Source of the DNA: an uncultured Planctomycetaceae bacterium
GTDB lineage: Bacteria; Planctomycetota; Planctomycetia; Isosphaerales; Isosphaeraceae
Direction: 5' to 3'
DNA length: 64,000 nt
Assembly (NCBI GenBank): GCA_963833985.1
Contig: CAWIAD010000001.1
Coordinates: 32,001 to 96,000 of the forward strand
The notes beneath the pieces were generated by a model. The model worked only from the letters and a program-made list of their open reading frames with translations. It was not told the DNA's origin and searched no databases. This document shows positions 52,762 to 64,000 of the stretch, in pieces. A program made the translations under genes and the position numbers. How positions within the stretch are numbered: the stretch's first letter is position 1; the number at the start of each line of letters is the position of its first letter.

Positions 52762-53883
52762 TCAATAGGCGTCGGCGCTGATGACCTCACCGCCGCGGAT
52801 CGTGGAGAGCTGTTGATACGTGCCGAACTGGGTGCCGGGAGTGACCTGGTAGACGTAACCGGCGGAGTCCAGCGTGATGCCGTTGGGCAAGCTGGTCGCG
52901 GGGTTGATCTGCCAGCACTGGATCGATTCCTTGATGAATCGCACCGAGCCGTCGCAGAACAGGAAATTTGCACCACCGGGATGGAAGCTGGACGCAGAGG
53001 AGACGAAGGTGTCGGAACCGCCGCCGACGTTGCCGATCGTTCCGGTGTTGGCGTCCTTCTTGAACGGGTTGATGGGGTACATGGTGCAGAAGCTGGTGTC
53101 GCCGAAATTGCCGGAGCACCACCAGTTCCAGCACACCTGGTCCGTGGCGCTGAGCATGCCGTGAGCGCGCTCGCTGTACATGAACGTGTTGCTGGTGCCG
53201 TCGGTCACGGAGGCAAGCTTCACGCAGGGGCGGCTCAGGCCCGAGTAGGTGGTTCCCTGGATATAGGCCGGGTTGTCATAGCCCACGTAGACGATCACGC
53301 CGTTCTGGTTGTTGATGGCTGAGCTGAACTCGGTGGCGGGCCAGGAAAATCGGGGAAGCTGGAACCAGGTCCCCGCACAGCCGCCGTAGCTGGAATAGCA
53401 CATCGTCATGTCGGTGCCGTCAACGCTGCCTTTAGCCATGAAGACCTTGTTTTCGACGGCCGGATCGCTGGGGCAATGCACGAAACTGAGCGAGGTACCC
53501 GTGACCGTGGTGTTACCGGCGCCGAAGATGTTGTACATGAAGTTGACGGAGTTATAGACCTGGGACTGCTCCATCATGGGCAGGAGGGGTATGAAGCTGC
53601 CGGCGGAGGTGTACGGGTACCCCGTGCCGCCCGAGCCATCGTTCAGGTTGTGCTGGCGGTAGCAGCCCCACGGGAACACATCGTTGGCGCTGATGTAGTT
53701 GTGGACGCCGAGGCCAATTTGTTTGAGGTTGTTCACGCACTGGGCGCGGCGGGCCGCCTCGCGGGCCGACTGGACCGCGGGCAGAAGCAGGCTGATGAGA
53801 ACGGCGATGATGGCGATCACCACGAGAAGCTCGATGAGGGTGAACGCACGGCGAGCGGAGCAGTGGCGTGGGTTGTGCTTCAT
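52762..53883 (-). CDS. DUF1559 prepilin-type protein
   Basis: [66 protein letters not shown]. Confidence 0.96.
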   Translation of the reverse strand: MKHNPRHCSARRAFTLIELLVVIAIIAVLISLLLPAVQSAREAARRAQCVNNLKQIGLGVHNYISANDVFPWGCYRQHNLNDGSGGTGYPYTSAGSFIPLLPMMEQSQVYNSVNFMYNIFGAGNTTVTGTSLSFVHCPSDPAVENKVFMAKGSVDGTDMTMCYSSYGGCAGTWFQLPRFSWPATEFSSAINNQNGVIVYVGYDNPAYIQGTTYSGLSRPCVKLASVTDGTSNTFMYSERAHGMLSATDQVCWNWWCSGNFGDTSFCTMYPINPFKKDANTGTIGNVGGGSDTFVSSASSFHPGGANFLFCDGSVRFIKESIQCWQINPATSLPNGITLDSAGYVYQVTPGTQFGTYQQLSTIRGGEVISADAY

Positions 53884-53978
53884 ACGAGATGCTCTCCAGA
53901 GCGAAAGGAAAACAGGGACAACGTGGAAATAGGGTCGATGGATGGAACCGCGGAGCGGCCGGGGAAGGCCGGTGGCAA

Positions 53979-54218
53979 TCAGTAGAGCTTGCTGTTCTTC
54001 TTGGCTGCGGCGTTCTCGGCTTCCTTGGCCTTGGCCTGCTTCGCCGTGGCCGGCTTGGCCGTCTCACCGCCCGGATTGAGGGCTCGCTCCCGGGCTCCCG
54101 GCTCAATCTTGATCGAGCCGGACCCTTCCGATCCGCAGCCGGCGATTCCGAATGTCAGGCTGAAGGTGAAGCACAGACCCAGCGCGCGGCTGGTCCTCGT
54201 TCGTACTGGAACACTCAC
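53979..54218 (-). CDS. Small lipoprotein paired with the DUF1559 gene
   Basis: Hydrophobic signal ending in the IAGC lipobox; AGGAG upstream; Lys/Ala-rich tail. Confidence 0.65.
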   Translation of the reverse strand: MSVPVRTRTSRALGLCFTFSLTFGIAGCGSEGSGSIKIEPGARERALNPGGETAKPATAKQAKAKEAENAAAKKNSKLY

Positions 54219-54837
54219 GTATGTCGGCTCCTGAAGAACTTCTGGGAAAACAAGACCATCACGTGAACCAGACAGGGGCGTACGCCTTGCGGGCGGCCCG
54301 AGTGGAACGCTGTAGGAATTCAGGGACCGTTGCGTCAGTGTCTGAGCATCGGCAATGGGGACGGTTCAACCCGGTTTGTGAGCCGTTCCAGGAGTGCCAC
54401 CTGCAACGATATCACGCCGGAGGAGAGGCTGCTCGAACGATTCGATGATGATCAAACCAATGAACAAGAAGACAGGCGATGGGAGAGAAGCACCGTCATC
54501 CAGCTCGTTAATCGAGGAAAGCGAAATTATTGTGAATAGCATACACCACTGTCAAGACCTCGAACTTAGTAAAACTACTTTTCAAGCAGGATCACATCAT
54601 GACCCGCGGGAAATGGAGGCGTTCGTCAAGTTCGATGTGTTTCGGACTCGCCGCGACCGTCATCCAGTGCATCCGTCCCCGGGCTGAACGATTGCCAGCT
54701 CCGTGGTCCCCTCGTTTTTTCGTCGATGCTGGTCTGGGCACCGCCTGATCGCTAGTCTTACGCGATGTGGCGAACACCCGGAACATCAGAACCTCATGGA
54801 CGGCAGGACCGGCCGAACCCGCGAAGCGAGATCGCTC

Positions 54838-56106
54838 ATGAGCTCGGTACCCTCATCCGCATCGGCATCCAAATCCAGTTCCAGTTCCAGTTCCGCACGC
54901 ATCGTGTCGATGGACCAGTTTCGCGGCTACACCGTCGCGGGCATGTTCGTGGTGAACTTCGTCGGCGGACTGACGGTCATGCCCGCCGTCCTCAAGCACC
55001 ATGACGTCTATTTCAGCTATGCCGACACGATCATGCCCAGCTTCATGTTCGCCGCCGGCTTCTCCTATCGCCTGGTGGCGCTGCGGAGGCTGGCGCAGGT
55101 GGGTCCGCTGCGGACCTACGGCCGGTTCCTGGTACGCAGCCTGGGTCTCGTGCTCGTCTCGCTGGTGATGTACGCCCAGGAAGATTTCGCCGTCAAGAGC
55201 TGGGCCGAGCTGACCGGCGGCGGCTGGTGGAAGTTGATCCTGGGGATTCTCAAGGCGAACCTCTGGGAAACGCTCGCCATCATCGGCGTGACCCAGATCT
55301 TCCTGATTCCCGTCATCGCCCGGAGCGGCCGGGTCCTGGCGCTGGCGGTCCCCATTTGCCTGGCCGTGCACCTGGCGATCTCGCACTGGTTCAACTTCAT
55401 GTTCGTGCACGGCAAGCCGAACTGGATGGACGAGGTCTGGGGGCTGACCGGCAAGACGGCCTGGGATGGGGGCTTCTTCGGCATCATGGCGTGGGCCGTG
55501 CCGATGCTTTTCGGGGCGATCGCCTACGACATCGTCGTCAGCCACGCACCCTGGAACGCGGCAGGACGCCTGTTCGTGCTGGGTGCCGGTTTGATGGTGA
55601 TCGGCTACTCGCTCAACTGCCTGGCGACCCTTTATGACACGGACAAGGGATTCGAGGTGGCCGTCCTTCCCGGCAACGTGGCCGCGTCTCCGGTCCTCCC
55701 TCCGTGGGGCAACATCCGCGGCCGTTCCGCCGAGTCGCTGCTGGCGACGGCTCCATTTCTCAGTCCTCCGCCCTCGAGCATCCGTCCGGATAACTACTGG
55801 CAGATCAACAAGCGCGTGGTGAGCGTTCCGTTCTGCCTGTTCTCCTCCGGGTTCGCGCTGGCCGCCTACGCCCTGTTCATCCCGCTCTGCGACGTCGGCT
55901 CGTTCCGGCTGGGAGTGTTCCGGACGCTGGGACAGAACCCGCTGGCCGCCTACATCATCCACCACCAGGTCGAGCAGGCCGTCCGCGCCGTGGTGCCGGG
56001 CGACTCACCGCTCGCGTATTGCCTGCTGGGAACGGCGGTCTTCTTCGCGATCAGTTACGCCTTCGTGCGCTACCTGGAGAAGCACAACTTCTACCTCAGG
56101 CTCTGA
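54838..56106 (+). CDS. HGSNAT-like (heparan-alpha-glucosaminide N-acetyltransferase-like) membrane acyltransferase
   Basis: [47 protein letters not shown]; multiple TM helices. Confidence 0.8.
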   Translation: MSSVPSSASASKSSSSSSSARIVSMDQFRGYTVAGMFVVNFVGGLTVMPAVLKHHDVYFSYADTIMPSFMFAAGFSYRLVALRRLAQVGPLRTYGRFLVRSLGLVLVSLVMYAQEDFAVKSWAELTGGGWWKLILGILKANLWETLAIIGVTQIFLIPVIARSGRVLALAVPICLAVHLAISHWFNFMFVHGKPNWMDEVWGLTGKTAWDGGFFGIMAWAVPMLFGAIAYDIVVSHAPWNAAGRLFVLGAGLMVIGYSLNCLATLYDTDKGFEVAVLPGNVAASPVLPPWGNIRGRSAESLLATAPFLSPPPSSIRPDNYWQINKRVVSVPFCLFSSGFALAAYALFIPLCDVGSFRLGVFRTLGQNPLAAYIIHHQVEQAVRAVVPGDSPLAYCLLGTAVFFAISYAFVRYLEKHNFYLRL

Positions 56107-56216
56107 GCCTGAGCCGAGTGAGGAGGTTTTCCCACGGGGCTGCACAGAGCCGGCAGGGGAACCGGGAATGGATTTCCGGGGCGCGGACTGTTTGACCCGG
56201 GACCGTCGACACCAGG

Positions 56217-56780
56217 CTACGAATCTTCGCCAGGTACCGGCGGAGAGGCGAGCGAAGGGGCCGGGAAACCGCCATCAGGCGCGGGCGACGGTTTGAGGAT
56301 CAGGTAGCGCATGTCGTGCGGGTTCCGGGCGTCCGCCGGCCAGGATTCGTCATGGACGACCTGCCAGGCCGGGGAGCCCAGGAGCTGTGCCGGGAAATAG
56401 ACGTCACCGGAGAAGTCGCCCTCCACGAGCGTGAGATGGATCAGCGGGCGAAGCGGCAGGAAATCCTCGTACAGCGCGCGGCCGCCGATGATGCAGGCTT
56501 CCGGGCTGCCGGCGGATTGCGCCAGGGCCAGTGCCTGCGCGCTGTCGTGGGCGATCAGGCAACCAGGAGCAATAAGGCCGCTCTGGCGCGTCAGGACGAT
56601 GTTCGTCCGGCCCGGCAGAGCCCGCCCCAGGCTCTCGTGAGTCTTGCGGCCCATGATGATCGGCTTGCCCCAGGTGAGCTGTCGAAAGTGCCTGAGGTCT
56701 CTCGGCAGCTTCCAGGGCAAGGCACCTTCGCGGCCGATCAGGCCGTCTCGACTCATCGCCACCACCAGCGCGAGCTGCAC
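56217..56780 (-). CDS. folA: Dihydrofolate reductase
   Basis: IG...LPWKLPRDLRHF, IMGRKT, LPGRTNIVLT, IIGG, GDVYFP; directly follows thyA. Confidence 0.95.
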   Translation of the reverse strand: MQLALVVAMSRDGLIGREGALPWKLPRDLRHFRQLTWGKPIIMGRKTHESLGRALPGRTNIVLTRQSGLIAPGCLIAHDSAQALALAQSAGSPEACIIGGRALYEDFLPLRPLIHLTLVEGDFSGDVYFPAQLLGSPAWQVVHDESWPADARNPHDMRYLILKPSPAPDGGFPAPSLASPPVPGEDS

Positions 56781-56793
56781 GGCACCGGGCCTC

Positions 56794-57627
56794 CTACACG
56801 GCCACCTCGCCCGGCAGCGCGGGGTGGGAGCGATAGTCCAGAAGCTTGATCTGCTCGCGCGTGATGCGCGCCAGGTCGCTCATGGCCGGGTCGATCTCCA
56901 GCCGCGGCAGGGGCAGAGGCTCGCGCGTGAGCTGCGTGTCCACCTGGTTCAGGTGGTTCGCGTAAATGTGCGCGTCGCCGAACGTGTGGATGAACTCACC
57001 GGCGGCGAGCCCGGTTACCTGGGCCACGAGCATTGTCAGCAGCGCGTAGCTGGCGATGTTGAACGGAACGCCCAGGAACAGGTCGGCCGAGCGCTGGTAA
57101 AGCTGGCAGGCAAGCTTCCCTTCCGCGACGCTGAACTGAAAGAGCGTGTGACAGGGCGGTAACGCCATGTCGGCGATGTCGGCCGGGTTCCAGGCCGAGA
57201 CGATGAGCCGACGCCCCACCGACGCCGACGGATCGGCGATGGTGGTCTTGATGCCCTCGACCACCCCGGCAACCTGGTCGATCGTCCGGCCGTCGGGTGC
57301 CCTCCACGACCGCCATTGCCGGCCGTAGACCGGGCCCAGCTCTCCATGCTCATCGGCCCACTCGTCCCAGATGGAGACGCCGTGCTGCTTCAGGTAAGCG
57401 ATGTTCGTGGAGCCGCGGAGGAACCAGATCAGCTCGTGGACGACGGCACTGAAGGCGATGCGTCTGGTCGTGACGAGCGGGAAGCCGGCCGCCAGGTCGA
57501 AGCGGACCTGCCTGCCGAAGACGCTCAGCGCCTCGATCTTCTCGCCGGTCGAGCGAAGCACCGCCCGGGTCGGTTTTCTCACACCGTGGCTGCGGACGTC
57601 GCGGAGCAGGTCGAGGTATTGCCTCAT
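56794..57627 (-). CDS. thyA: Thymidylate synthase
   Basis: [43 protein letters not shown]. Confidence 0.97.
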   Translation of the reverse strand: MRQYLDLLRDVRSHGVRKPTRAVLRSTGEKIEALSVFGRQVRFDLAAGFPLVTTRRIAFSAVVHELIWFLRGSTNIAYLKQHGVSIWDEWADEHGELGPVYGRQWRSWRAPDGRTIDQVAGVVEGIKTTIADPSASVGRRLIVSAWNPADIADMALPPCHTLFQFSVAEGKLACQLYQRSADLFLGVPFNIASYALLTMLVAQVTGLAAGEFIHTFGDAHIYANHLNQVDTQLTREPLPLPRLEIDPAMSDLARITREQIKLLDYRSHPALPGEVAV

Positions 57628-57708
57628 GCGCAGGGATGCTTCACCTGGTGACTCGGGACAGCGGGCTGGGGCGCAGAACCGGCATTATAGCTCAGCGCCC
57701 CGGCAGAT

Positions 57709-58632
57709 TCACCGTGGCCGTGGCAATGGCAGAACCGGCGCCGAGGTGCCGGGTATCGAGGGCAACGTCGTGGTGCCGGCTGGCGGCGACACCACCGGGG
57801 AGGTCTCCAGGCGGGCCGTGATGGCGATGAGATGTTCCTCGTAGCTCTTGACGAAGCCGCGGTCGTGCACGCTGCGCGGGCCCATGCTGACCACCAGGGC
57901 GCCGTCGGCGGGAATCAGCCAGCGGCCCTCGACCCGGCGGCTGTCCACTTCGGGAACCTGGAACGTGGCGTTCAGTGCCGCGGGGTGCGGTCCGTGGTTG
58001 GGGCTGAGCCGCTCCAGGAACGACGCCTTCGACACGTCGGAATCGGTACCGGGCTTCGGCTGCACGGTCTCGGTGTACCGGGCCGTGTACATGGCCACGA
58101 GCCGGTTCTCCTCGATCACCACCTTTGCGAGCAAGCCGCCGCCCTGAATCTCGCTCGATTCGACGTTGATGCGGACGCCGCTGTGGATCGTATCCACCTG
58201 CGGCTCGAACGCGAGCTTGGTGGACTGACCGGGCGGTCCGTCGGCGACACGTTTCAGCGTGGCAATGTAGTGCAGCGCTTCCTCGCTGGTCATCCGCGCC
58301 GGGTCTCCCACTCGGGCCGTCATCTTCGGCGCCTGAACGATATGCATGCGGGCGTCGGCCTGGCAGTGCTCCAGCAGTGCGCGGAAACTCACCGCGTCCA
58401 GCGACCAGACCGCCGCTCCTTCATGGCGGGCGACCGGCTGCATGCGGAGCATGAACTTGCCCCGCCATTCCGGGCTGGAGACCCGAATATCACGGACCTC
58501 GAAGGCAACCATGGCGCCCGGGCTCGCCGAGGGCGCGGTTCGCGGCACCGTCGGCAAGGGCGTGATCACCGGGCGGGCAGGCCTGTCATCACCTATCAAG
58601 CACGCCAGTAGTAGCGTCAGCATCAAGTGCAT
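57709..58632 (-). CDS. Exported hypothetical protein, possibly secretin-core-like
   Basis: Short signal-like N-terminus; IVQAPKMTARVGDPA...AFEPQVDTIHSGVRINV beta-rich pattern. Confidence 0.6.
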   Translation of the reverse strand: MHLMLTLLLACLIGDDRPARPVITPLPTVPRTAPSASPGAMVAFEVRDIRVSSPEWRGKFMLRMQPVARHEGAAVWSLDAVSFRALLEHCQADARMHIVQAPKMTARVGDPARMTSEEALHYIATLKRVADGPPGQSTKLAFEPQVDTIHSGVRINVESSEIQGGGLLAKVVIEENRLVAMYTARYTETVQPKPGTDSDVSKASFLERLSPNHGPHPAALNATFQVPEVDSRRVEGRWLIPADGALVVSMGPRSVHDRGFVKSYEEHLIAITARLETSPVVSPPAGTTTLPSIPGTSAPVLPLPRPR

Positions 58633-58817
58633 CCATGCCCTCCATCGCTCGGCCTGGGATAGCCAGGATCGTTCTCCGGCCCTCGGAGCCGCGGATGGTA
58701 AGGCCGACCCGCCATCAGGTCAACCGCGAAAGCTTTTTGCTGCACATCGCGTGCGTGCATGCTCGACGCTCGGCCGCCGGCAGCGCGCCCGGAACGCACG
58801 GGCCGCGACTCTCGCGG

Positions 58818-59788
58818 TCATTGCGACCACTCCGTGGGCGTGCGGTCCCAGCGGTGCTCTTTGAGCTGCCGCATCAGCTCGGGGGCGAGCCGACGGCCGT
58901 CGCTCACCGCCAGGTTGGCCTGTGCGTGCTTGAGCTTGCGCATACCGGGGATGGTGGTGCAGACGTCTGGATTCTCGAGGATCCATCGTAGAGCCAGCTC
59001 GGCCATGCTCATGCCGGCGGGAACCAGCGGCCGCAGCGCCTCGGCGTGATCGACGCTGGCCGAGAGGTTCTCTGGTACGAAGTAGCTGTTCCGCCAGTCC
59101 CCGTCGGGCCAGCGGCTGGCCCTGGTGAGCGTTCCCGTGAGCGTCCCTTCATCGAGAGGAACCCGAGCAATGACGGCAACGCCCCGCTCGTGGCAGAGCG
59201 GGAAGAGCTCGTCCTCCGGCGCCTGGTCGAAGATGTTGTAGATCACCTGCACGGCATCGATCAGCCCGGTCCGCACCGTCTCGAGCGCGTTGGCCGGCTC
59301 CCACCGGTTGATGCTGATGCCGACGGCGCGGATCATGCCCTGGCGCTGGAGGTCGTCCACGGCGCGGTGCCAGCGCTCGTCGCGCGCCCAGGCGTCTTCC
59401 CAGACGTGGAACTGTTGCAGGTCGATGGTGGCGACGCCGAGGTTCTCCAGGCTCTTCTCCGTGTACTCCCGGATGTGATCGGGGGGAAACAATCCTCGAG
59501 CGTGAAGCCCCGGCGTGACGGCCATTGCATGTTCTTGGGAGGAATCTTGGTGGCGCAGTAGAGCCTTCGTTCCGGGTTCTGCTTCAGTAGCTTGCCCAGG
59601 ATCTGCTCGCTGCGGCCGTTGCCGTAGCCCCAGGCCGTGTCGAAGAAGTTGCACCCCGAGGCGACGGCCTGGTCCAGTGACGCGCGTGTTTCCGCGTCGT
59701 CCGCGCCGGTCCAGCCCGCGAGCCCCCACATGCCATAGCCGATCTCGCTGACGGACCAGCCCGTCCGGCCGAACGTGCGATAGTTCAT
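58818..59788 (-). CDS. Aldo/keto reductase (frameshift in homopolymer ~59481-59486)
   Basis: VSEIGYGMW, FFDTAWGYG, ATK, IDLQQFH, QVIYNIF, TIPGMR. Confidence 0.92.
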
Positions 59789-59971
59789 GCCTTGCTCCCT
59801 CCTCGATTCCAGAGCTCACTGGCTTGAGACTAACAGGCCCGCACCCGGCGCGGCCACGAGGTACTCGGTCCCGTGGGTCCATTCCGAATTGGGACTTTGC
59901 GACGTAAGCCATTGGGGTTACGCTGGGATGGGGTGCCGCGACGAGGTCGACGTTACGGGGAAATCCCGGCC

Positions 59972-61751
59972 ATGAGCGATCAAGACCTGGGAGAGTATGA
60001 TCTCGAGGACCTGCCCAAGCCACGCCAGCCGAAGCCGCCGCCCGGGCCGGTCAAACCGTTGCCCCGGCTCTGGAAGGCCGAGCCGGAGGACGAGGAGGAC
60101 GACGCGCCTGGCTCGCCCGCGCGCCCCGGAAAGAACGAAGCGGCCCCGCCCCCCGAGGGCTCACGGAAGCCGGCGGCGGCCCCCCGGACTGCGCAAGGCC
60201 GCGTCCAGGGAGAGCAAGAAGGCCGCCAGGGGCGAGGGGGGCGAGAAGAAAGTCCTCGTCGAGGATACCCCGGCGCTTGATACCTACGAGGCACGCCAGC
60301 GCGGACGCTGGATCATCGGCGGACTGGTCGCGAGCATCTTCGGCATCTTCCTGTGGGTCTTCTACAGCCTCTTCCACGACCCGATGTCCATCGAGGATAC
60401 CGGCGAGGAGCCTCCCGCGACCGTGGCGCTGCCACTGCCTCCGCAGAAGAAGGACCTGGAACCCGAAGCCCGGAGCATGTTCAGGCGAGCCCAGGATGCC
60501 GCCAAAGCCGGAAACACTGACCAGGCGATCAGCCTGCTCCAGACCATCCTGACGTCCTACAAGGGCACCAGGAGCGCCGCCGAGGCGGCCCAGGCACTCG
60601 ACCGGCCAAAGCAGAAGCTGCCGCTGTTCCTGGATCGTCCCACGGTGCAGGCAGCCCCCGCGCCGCGTCCGGCCCCCGCGCCGCCGCCGGCTCCTCCCGC
60701 CGTCGTCACTGTTCCGCCACGGCAGGCTGCCGGCAGCGCCAGCCTGACTCTTCCGGCCAACCCGTCCGAGGCGGTTCCGCCGGCACGAGGATCGCTCGCC
60801 ATGACGGGTACGTCACCCAGCGCGGGCACGCCGCCAGCCCCCGCGGTGCCGGCCCGGGTCTTGCCCAGCGGGTTCACCGCCCGGCCCGGTAGCGGCCTGC
60901 ACAGCTCCGGCTGGCCGCTGGCGATTGTCGGCAGCCGCGACGGCGCCCCCATGGTGCTGGTCCCTGGCGGGACGTTCAGCATGGGCAACGACAACGGCCC
61001 GCCCGCCGAAGCGCCCGCGCACAAGGTCACGCTCTCCACCTTCTATATCGACCAGCATGAGGTCACTGTCCGGCAGTTCCGGCTCTTCCTCGACGAGTCC
61101 CACTACCGCGGCCAGCCCCCGCACAACGCGAACTGGACCGAGGACTTCAAGAAGAATCCGCCCGAGACGTTCCCCATGGTCATGGTCAACGGCCGCGACG
61201 CGCAGGCCTACTCGGAGTGGGCGCTCAAGCAAATGCCGACCGAGGCCCAGTGGGAAATGGCCGCGCGGTCGACCGACAACCGTCTCTATCCCTGGGGCGC
61301 CGAGCCGCTCAAGCTACCCCGTACCGCCACGGGCCAGCTCGAGCCGGTCATGTCGGTGGCCGGGGACGTGTCGCCCTTCGGCGTGCACGACATGGGCGGC
61401 AGCATCCTGGAATGGACCAGGGACTGGTATGATTCCCGGTACTACCATCAGTTCTTCAACCAGCCGGCGGTGAACCCCATGGGACCGGCCACCAAGCCGC
61501 GCGGGCTGGAGCTGGTGGTCAAGGGGGACCGCAAGACCGGCAGTGCTTCGGCCCGGCAGGGAATCACTCTCGAGAAACGGCTCAGCTACGTGGGCTTCCG
61601 TTGCGTCCTGCCGGTGAACGACCCGGGCGCCGTCACTCCAGGCTCCGCTCCGCCGCCGGGGGCTCCGGCGTTTCCACCGCCTGGCCAGTCACGCCCGCGG
61701 TCGAATGCGCCTCGGCCAGGGGCGGCGGGGGGGTCGACGCAGCCATTCTGA
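59972..61751 (+). CDS. Membrane-anchored FGE-sulfatase (SUMF1-like) domain protein (frameshift ~60190)
   Basis: TM helix, Pro-rich linker, VPGGTFSMG, FYIDQHEVT, PTEAQWEMAAR, DMGGSILEW, GFRCV. Confidence 0.85.
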
Positions 61752-62832
61752 GCTTCCGGAACTGTGAGAAGAGCCAGACGCCGGGCGGCATGCGGTGGTG
61801 CGGCACCCGCGCCGGCTCGTCCTCGAAGAACCAGCGGACCGTCCGCTCGAGGCTCTGCCAGTAGGTGAGCGCGGGCCTCCAGCCCAGCTTCGTGCGCGCC
61901 TTCTCGGTACTGTACTCCAGGTAGCGTCCCAGCAGCCAGGCTCCATAACGCGTGACCCGCGGAGGCTTCTTGCTGCTCAGCAGGCGCTCCCGAAGCTCCA
62001 GCGACAGCCCTCCGTAGTAGGCGTACCAGTAGGGGTAGTGCCAGGTGACCCGGGGAGCCCCCAGGACGTCGGCCAGCAGGTCCAGAAACGCGCGCTGGGT
62101 GATCCGGCAATGGCTCGTGATGTTGTACGCCTCGCCCACCGAGCCGGCATCGTTGGCCGCCAGGATCGCCGCGTCGGCCACCACGCCCGCGTAAACAGCA
62201 CTCAATGGATTATCACCCTTGCCCACGATGGACACCCTGTGCCAGCGGAACTCCTGGATGAAGCGCGGAATCGTGGTCCGGTCGCGCTCGCCGAAGAGCC
62301 AGCTCGGGCGCAGGATCGTGAGGGGGAGCCGGCCCGAGGAGGCCATGTCCCAGAGCAGCCGCTCGCAGTCCACCTTGCTGCGGGTGTAGTGGTCGACCAG
62401 CCAGAGATTCTGGCCCAGCGGAGCGGTCTCGTCGATCGGCGTGGCCTGATCGGGCGGATGGCCGTAGGCGCTCGTCGAGCTGATGTGAATGAAGCGATCG
62501 ACCCCGGCCCGCGCGGCCGCCTCGGCGAGCGTGCGCGTGGACTCCAGCCCGCCCCTCTGAAATTCCTTCCAGCTTCCCCAGTCGCCCACCTTCGCCGCGC
62601 AGTGGAACACCTGCGCGGCATCCCGGACCGCGCGGCCGCAGGCCGCCGGATCGGTCAGGTCCCCACGCTGGACCTCGATGCCCAGGCCCTCCAGGAACGC
62701 CGTATGGCTTGACGGCCGCACCAGCGCGCGGACCCGCTCGCCTTGTGCGACCAGCTTCTCGGCGATGTGGCTGCCCAGCAGCCCCGTGCCTCCCGTGACC
62801 AGTACACTGCGCCCTCTATCCATCGAAATCAT
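61633..62832 (-). CDS. NAD-dependent epimerase / 3-beta-HSD-like extended SDR
   Basis: VTGGTGLLG, FHCAA, YTRSK, LRPSWLFG. 3' end overlaps the convergent gene. Confidence 0.9.
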   Translation of the reverse strand: MISMDRGRSVLVTGGTGLLGSHIAEKLVAQGERVRALVRPSSHTAFLEGLGIEVQRGDLTDPAACGRAVRDAAQVFHCAAKVGDWGSWKEFQRGGLESTRTLAEAAARAGVDRFIHISSTSAYGHPPDQATPIDETAPLGQNLWLVDHYTRSKVDCERLLWDMASSGRLPLTILRPSWLFGERDRTTIPRFIQEFRWHRVSIVGKGDNPLSAVYAGVVADAAILAANDAGSVGEAYNITSHCRITQRAFLDLLADVLGAPRVTWHYPYWYAYYGGLSLELRERLLSSKKPPRVTRYGAWLLGRYLEYSTEKARTKLGWRPALTYWQSLERTVRWFFEDEPARVPHHRMPPGVWLFSQFRKLRMAASTPPPPLAEAHSTAGVTGQAVETPEPPAAERSLE

Positions 62833-63039
62833 GCCCTCATACTTCCCGATATGCGGCTTCCCACCACATTCCAGACGCGTCTGAAGCGGTTCGCCGGGGG
62901 ACGGCCCGCGGCAACGTGGCTCCTCGCCCGGCATGTTTTCTGCGTGATTTCCAGCTTGATCACGCGTCATGCGGACCCGCGACGAACGGACCGCCATGGC
63001 TCTGTTCCTTCGCTGGCCCGGCAACCGGAGTCCTTCAAA

Positions 63040-63948
63040 ATGACGATACAATCATCCAGGAATCAATACGACATCCAGGATCCGACGAAACAGTATCCGC
63101 GCGCCGACTTTCCGGAGCAACGCCAGCCGGTTCCCGGCCTGGCCCGGGAGATGACGCCGAAACCCGACCACGGCGAGGAGAGCTACCAGGGTCTGGGCCG
63201 GCTGCTGGGCCGCAGGGCGCTGGTCACCGGGGCCGATTCGGGGATCGGTCGGGCCGCGGTGATTGCGTTCGCGCGTGAAGGCGCGGACGTCGTGATGAAC
63301 TTCTTGCCCAGCGAGATGCCCGACGCGGACGAGGTCTGCACTCTGGTGCAGAAGACTGGCCGCAAGGCCGTGGCGCTCCCCGGCGACATCCAGAAAGAGG
63401 CCTTCTGCACACGGCTCGTGGCCGAGGCGATCGCCGCCCTGGGAGGGCTGGACCTCGTGGTCAACGTGGCCGGGCATCAGCAGGCCGCCGAGAGCATCGA
63501 GGACATCACCACGGCCCAGTTCGACGAGACGTTCAAGACCAACGTGTACGCGATGTTCTGGATCTGCAAGGCCGTGCTGCCGCACCTGGCGGCCGGCTCT
63601 GCGATCATCAACACCACGTCGATCCAGGCCTACCAGCCGTCGGCAACGCTGCTCGACTACGCCTCGACCAAAGCGGCCATCGTCGCCTTCACCAAGTCCC
63701 TGGCCAGGCAGGTCGCCTCCAGGGGCATCCGCGTGAACGCGGTGGCGCCCGGTCCGGTCTGGACGCCGCTCCAGACCAGCGGCGGGCAGCCGGCCGAGAA
63801 GATCCCCGAGTTCGGCAACAAGGTGCCACTGGGCCGGCCGGGACAGCCCGCCGAGCTGGCGCCCGTGTATGTCTTCCTCGCGTCGCAAGAATCGAGCTAT
63901 GTGACCGGCGAGATCTACGGCGTCACCGGCGGCAACCCCCTGCCCTGA
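63040..63948 (+). CDS. SDR oxidoreductase (YghA-like)
   Basis: PDHGEESYQG, TGADSGIG, YASTK, APGPVWT, RPGQPAELAPVY. Confidence 0.93.
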   Translation: MTIQSSRNQYDIQDPTKQYPRADFPEQRQPVPGLAREMTPKPDHGEESYQGLGRLLGRRALVTGADSGIGRAAVIAFAREGADVVMNFLPSEMPDADEVCTLVQKTGRKAVALPGDIQKEAFCTRLVAEAIAALGGLDLVVNVAGHQQAAESIEDITTAQFDETFKTNVYAMFWICKAVLPHLAAGSAIINTTSIQAYQPSATLLDYASTKAAIVAFTKSLARQVASRGIRVNAVAPGPVWTPLQTSGGQPAEKIPEFGNKVPLGRPGQPAELAPVYVFLASQESSYVTGEIYGVTGGNPLP

Positions 63949-64000
63949 GCGGTCTCTTCGTCATTTCCGCACCTTTCTTTCACAACGGGGAATCCGGTCA

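Noticed and set aside
54874..54894. TCCAGT microsatellite as a phase-variation tract
   Set aside because: The 6-bp unit is in frame and encodes a poly-Ser linker, so slippage would not switch expression.

Overview
GC-rich bacterial window, most likely from a planctomycete (inferred from DUF1559 prepilin-like, PEP-CTERM, HEAT-repeat, Ser/Thr kinase and FGE-domain genes). The most notable part is a ~16 kb divergent locus at 24.8-41.0 kb. On the minus strand, a sensory-type [FeFe]-hydrogenase fused to a minimal chemoreceptor signalling hairpin heads an operon with its own H-cluster maturases (hydE-hydG-aspA-hydF). On the plus strand is a complete chemotaxis operon (cheA-cheW-MCP-cheY-cheB-cheR-cheX). 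Its CheA carries an inserted CZB-like domain, and its soluble MCP has two near-identical Cys-Cys GAF domains. Together these suggest a self-contained H2/redox chemosensory system. Also present: a hybrid PAS histidine kinase, msrA, an Old Yellow Enzyme, a SWIM-SNF2 helicase, an internally deleted IS66 with both ends, a REP/REPIN-like palindrome, tRNA-Val(TAC) with a degenerate att-like copy bracketing a MazF/PemK toxin-antitoxin pair, a racemase-M20-GNAT operon, thyA-folA and many hydrolases/oxidoreductases. About 11 otherwise intact genes have single frameshifts, most likely long-read sequencing errors. All calls come from visual motif recognition; no database searches were run.
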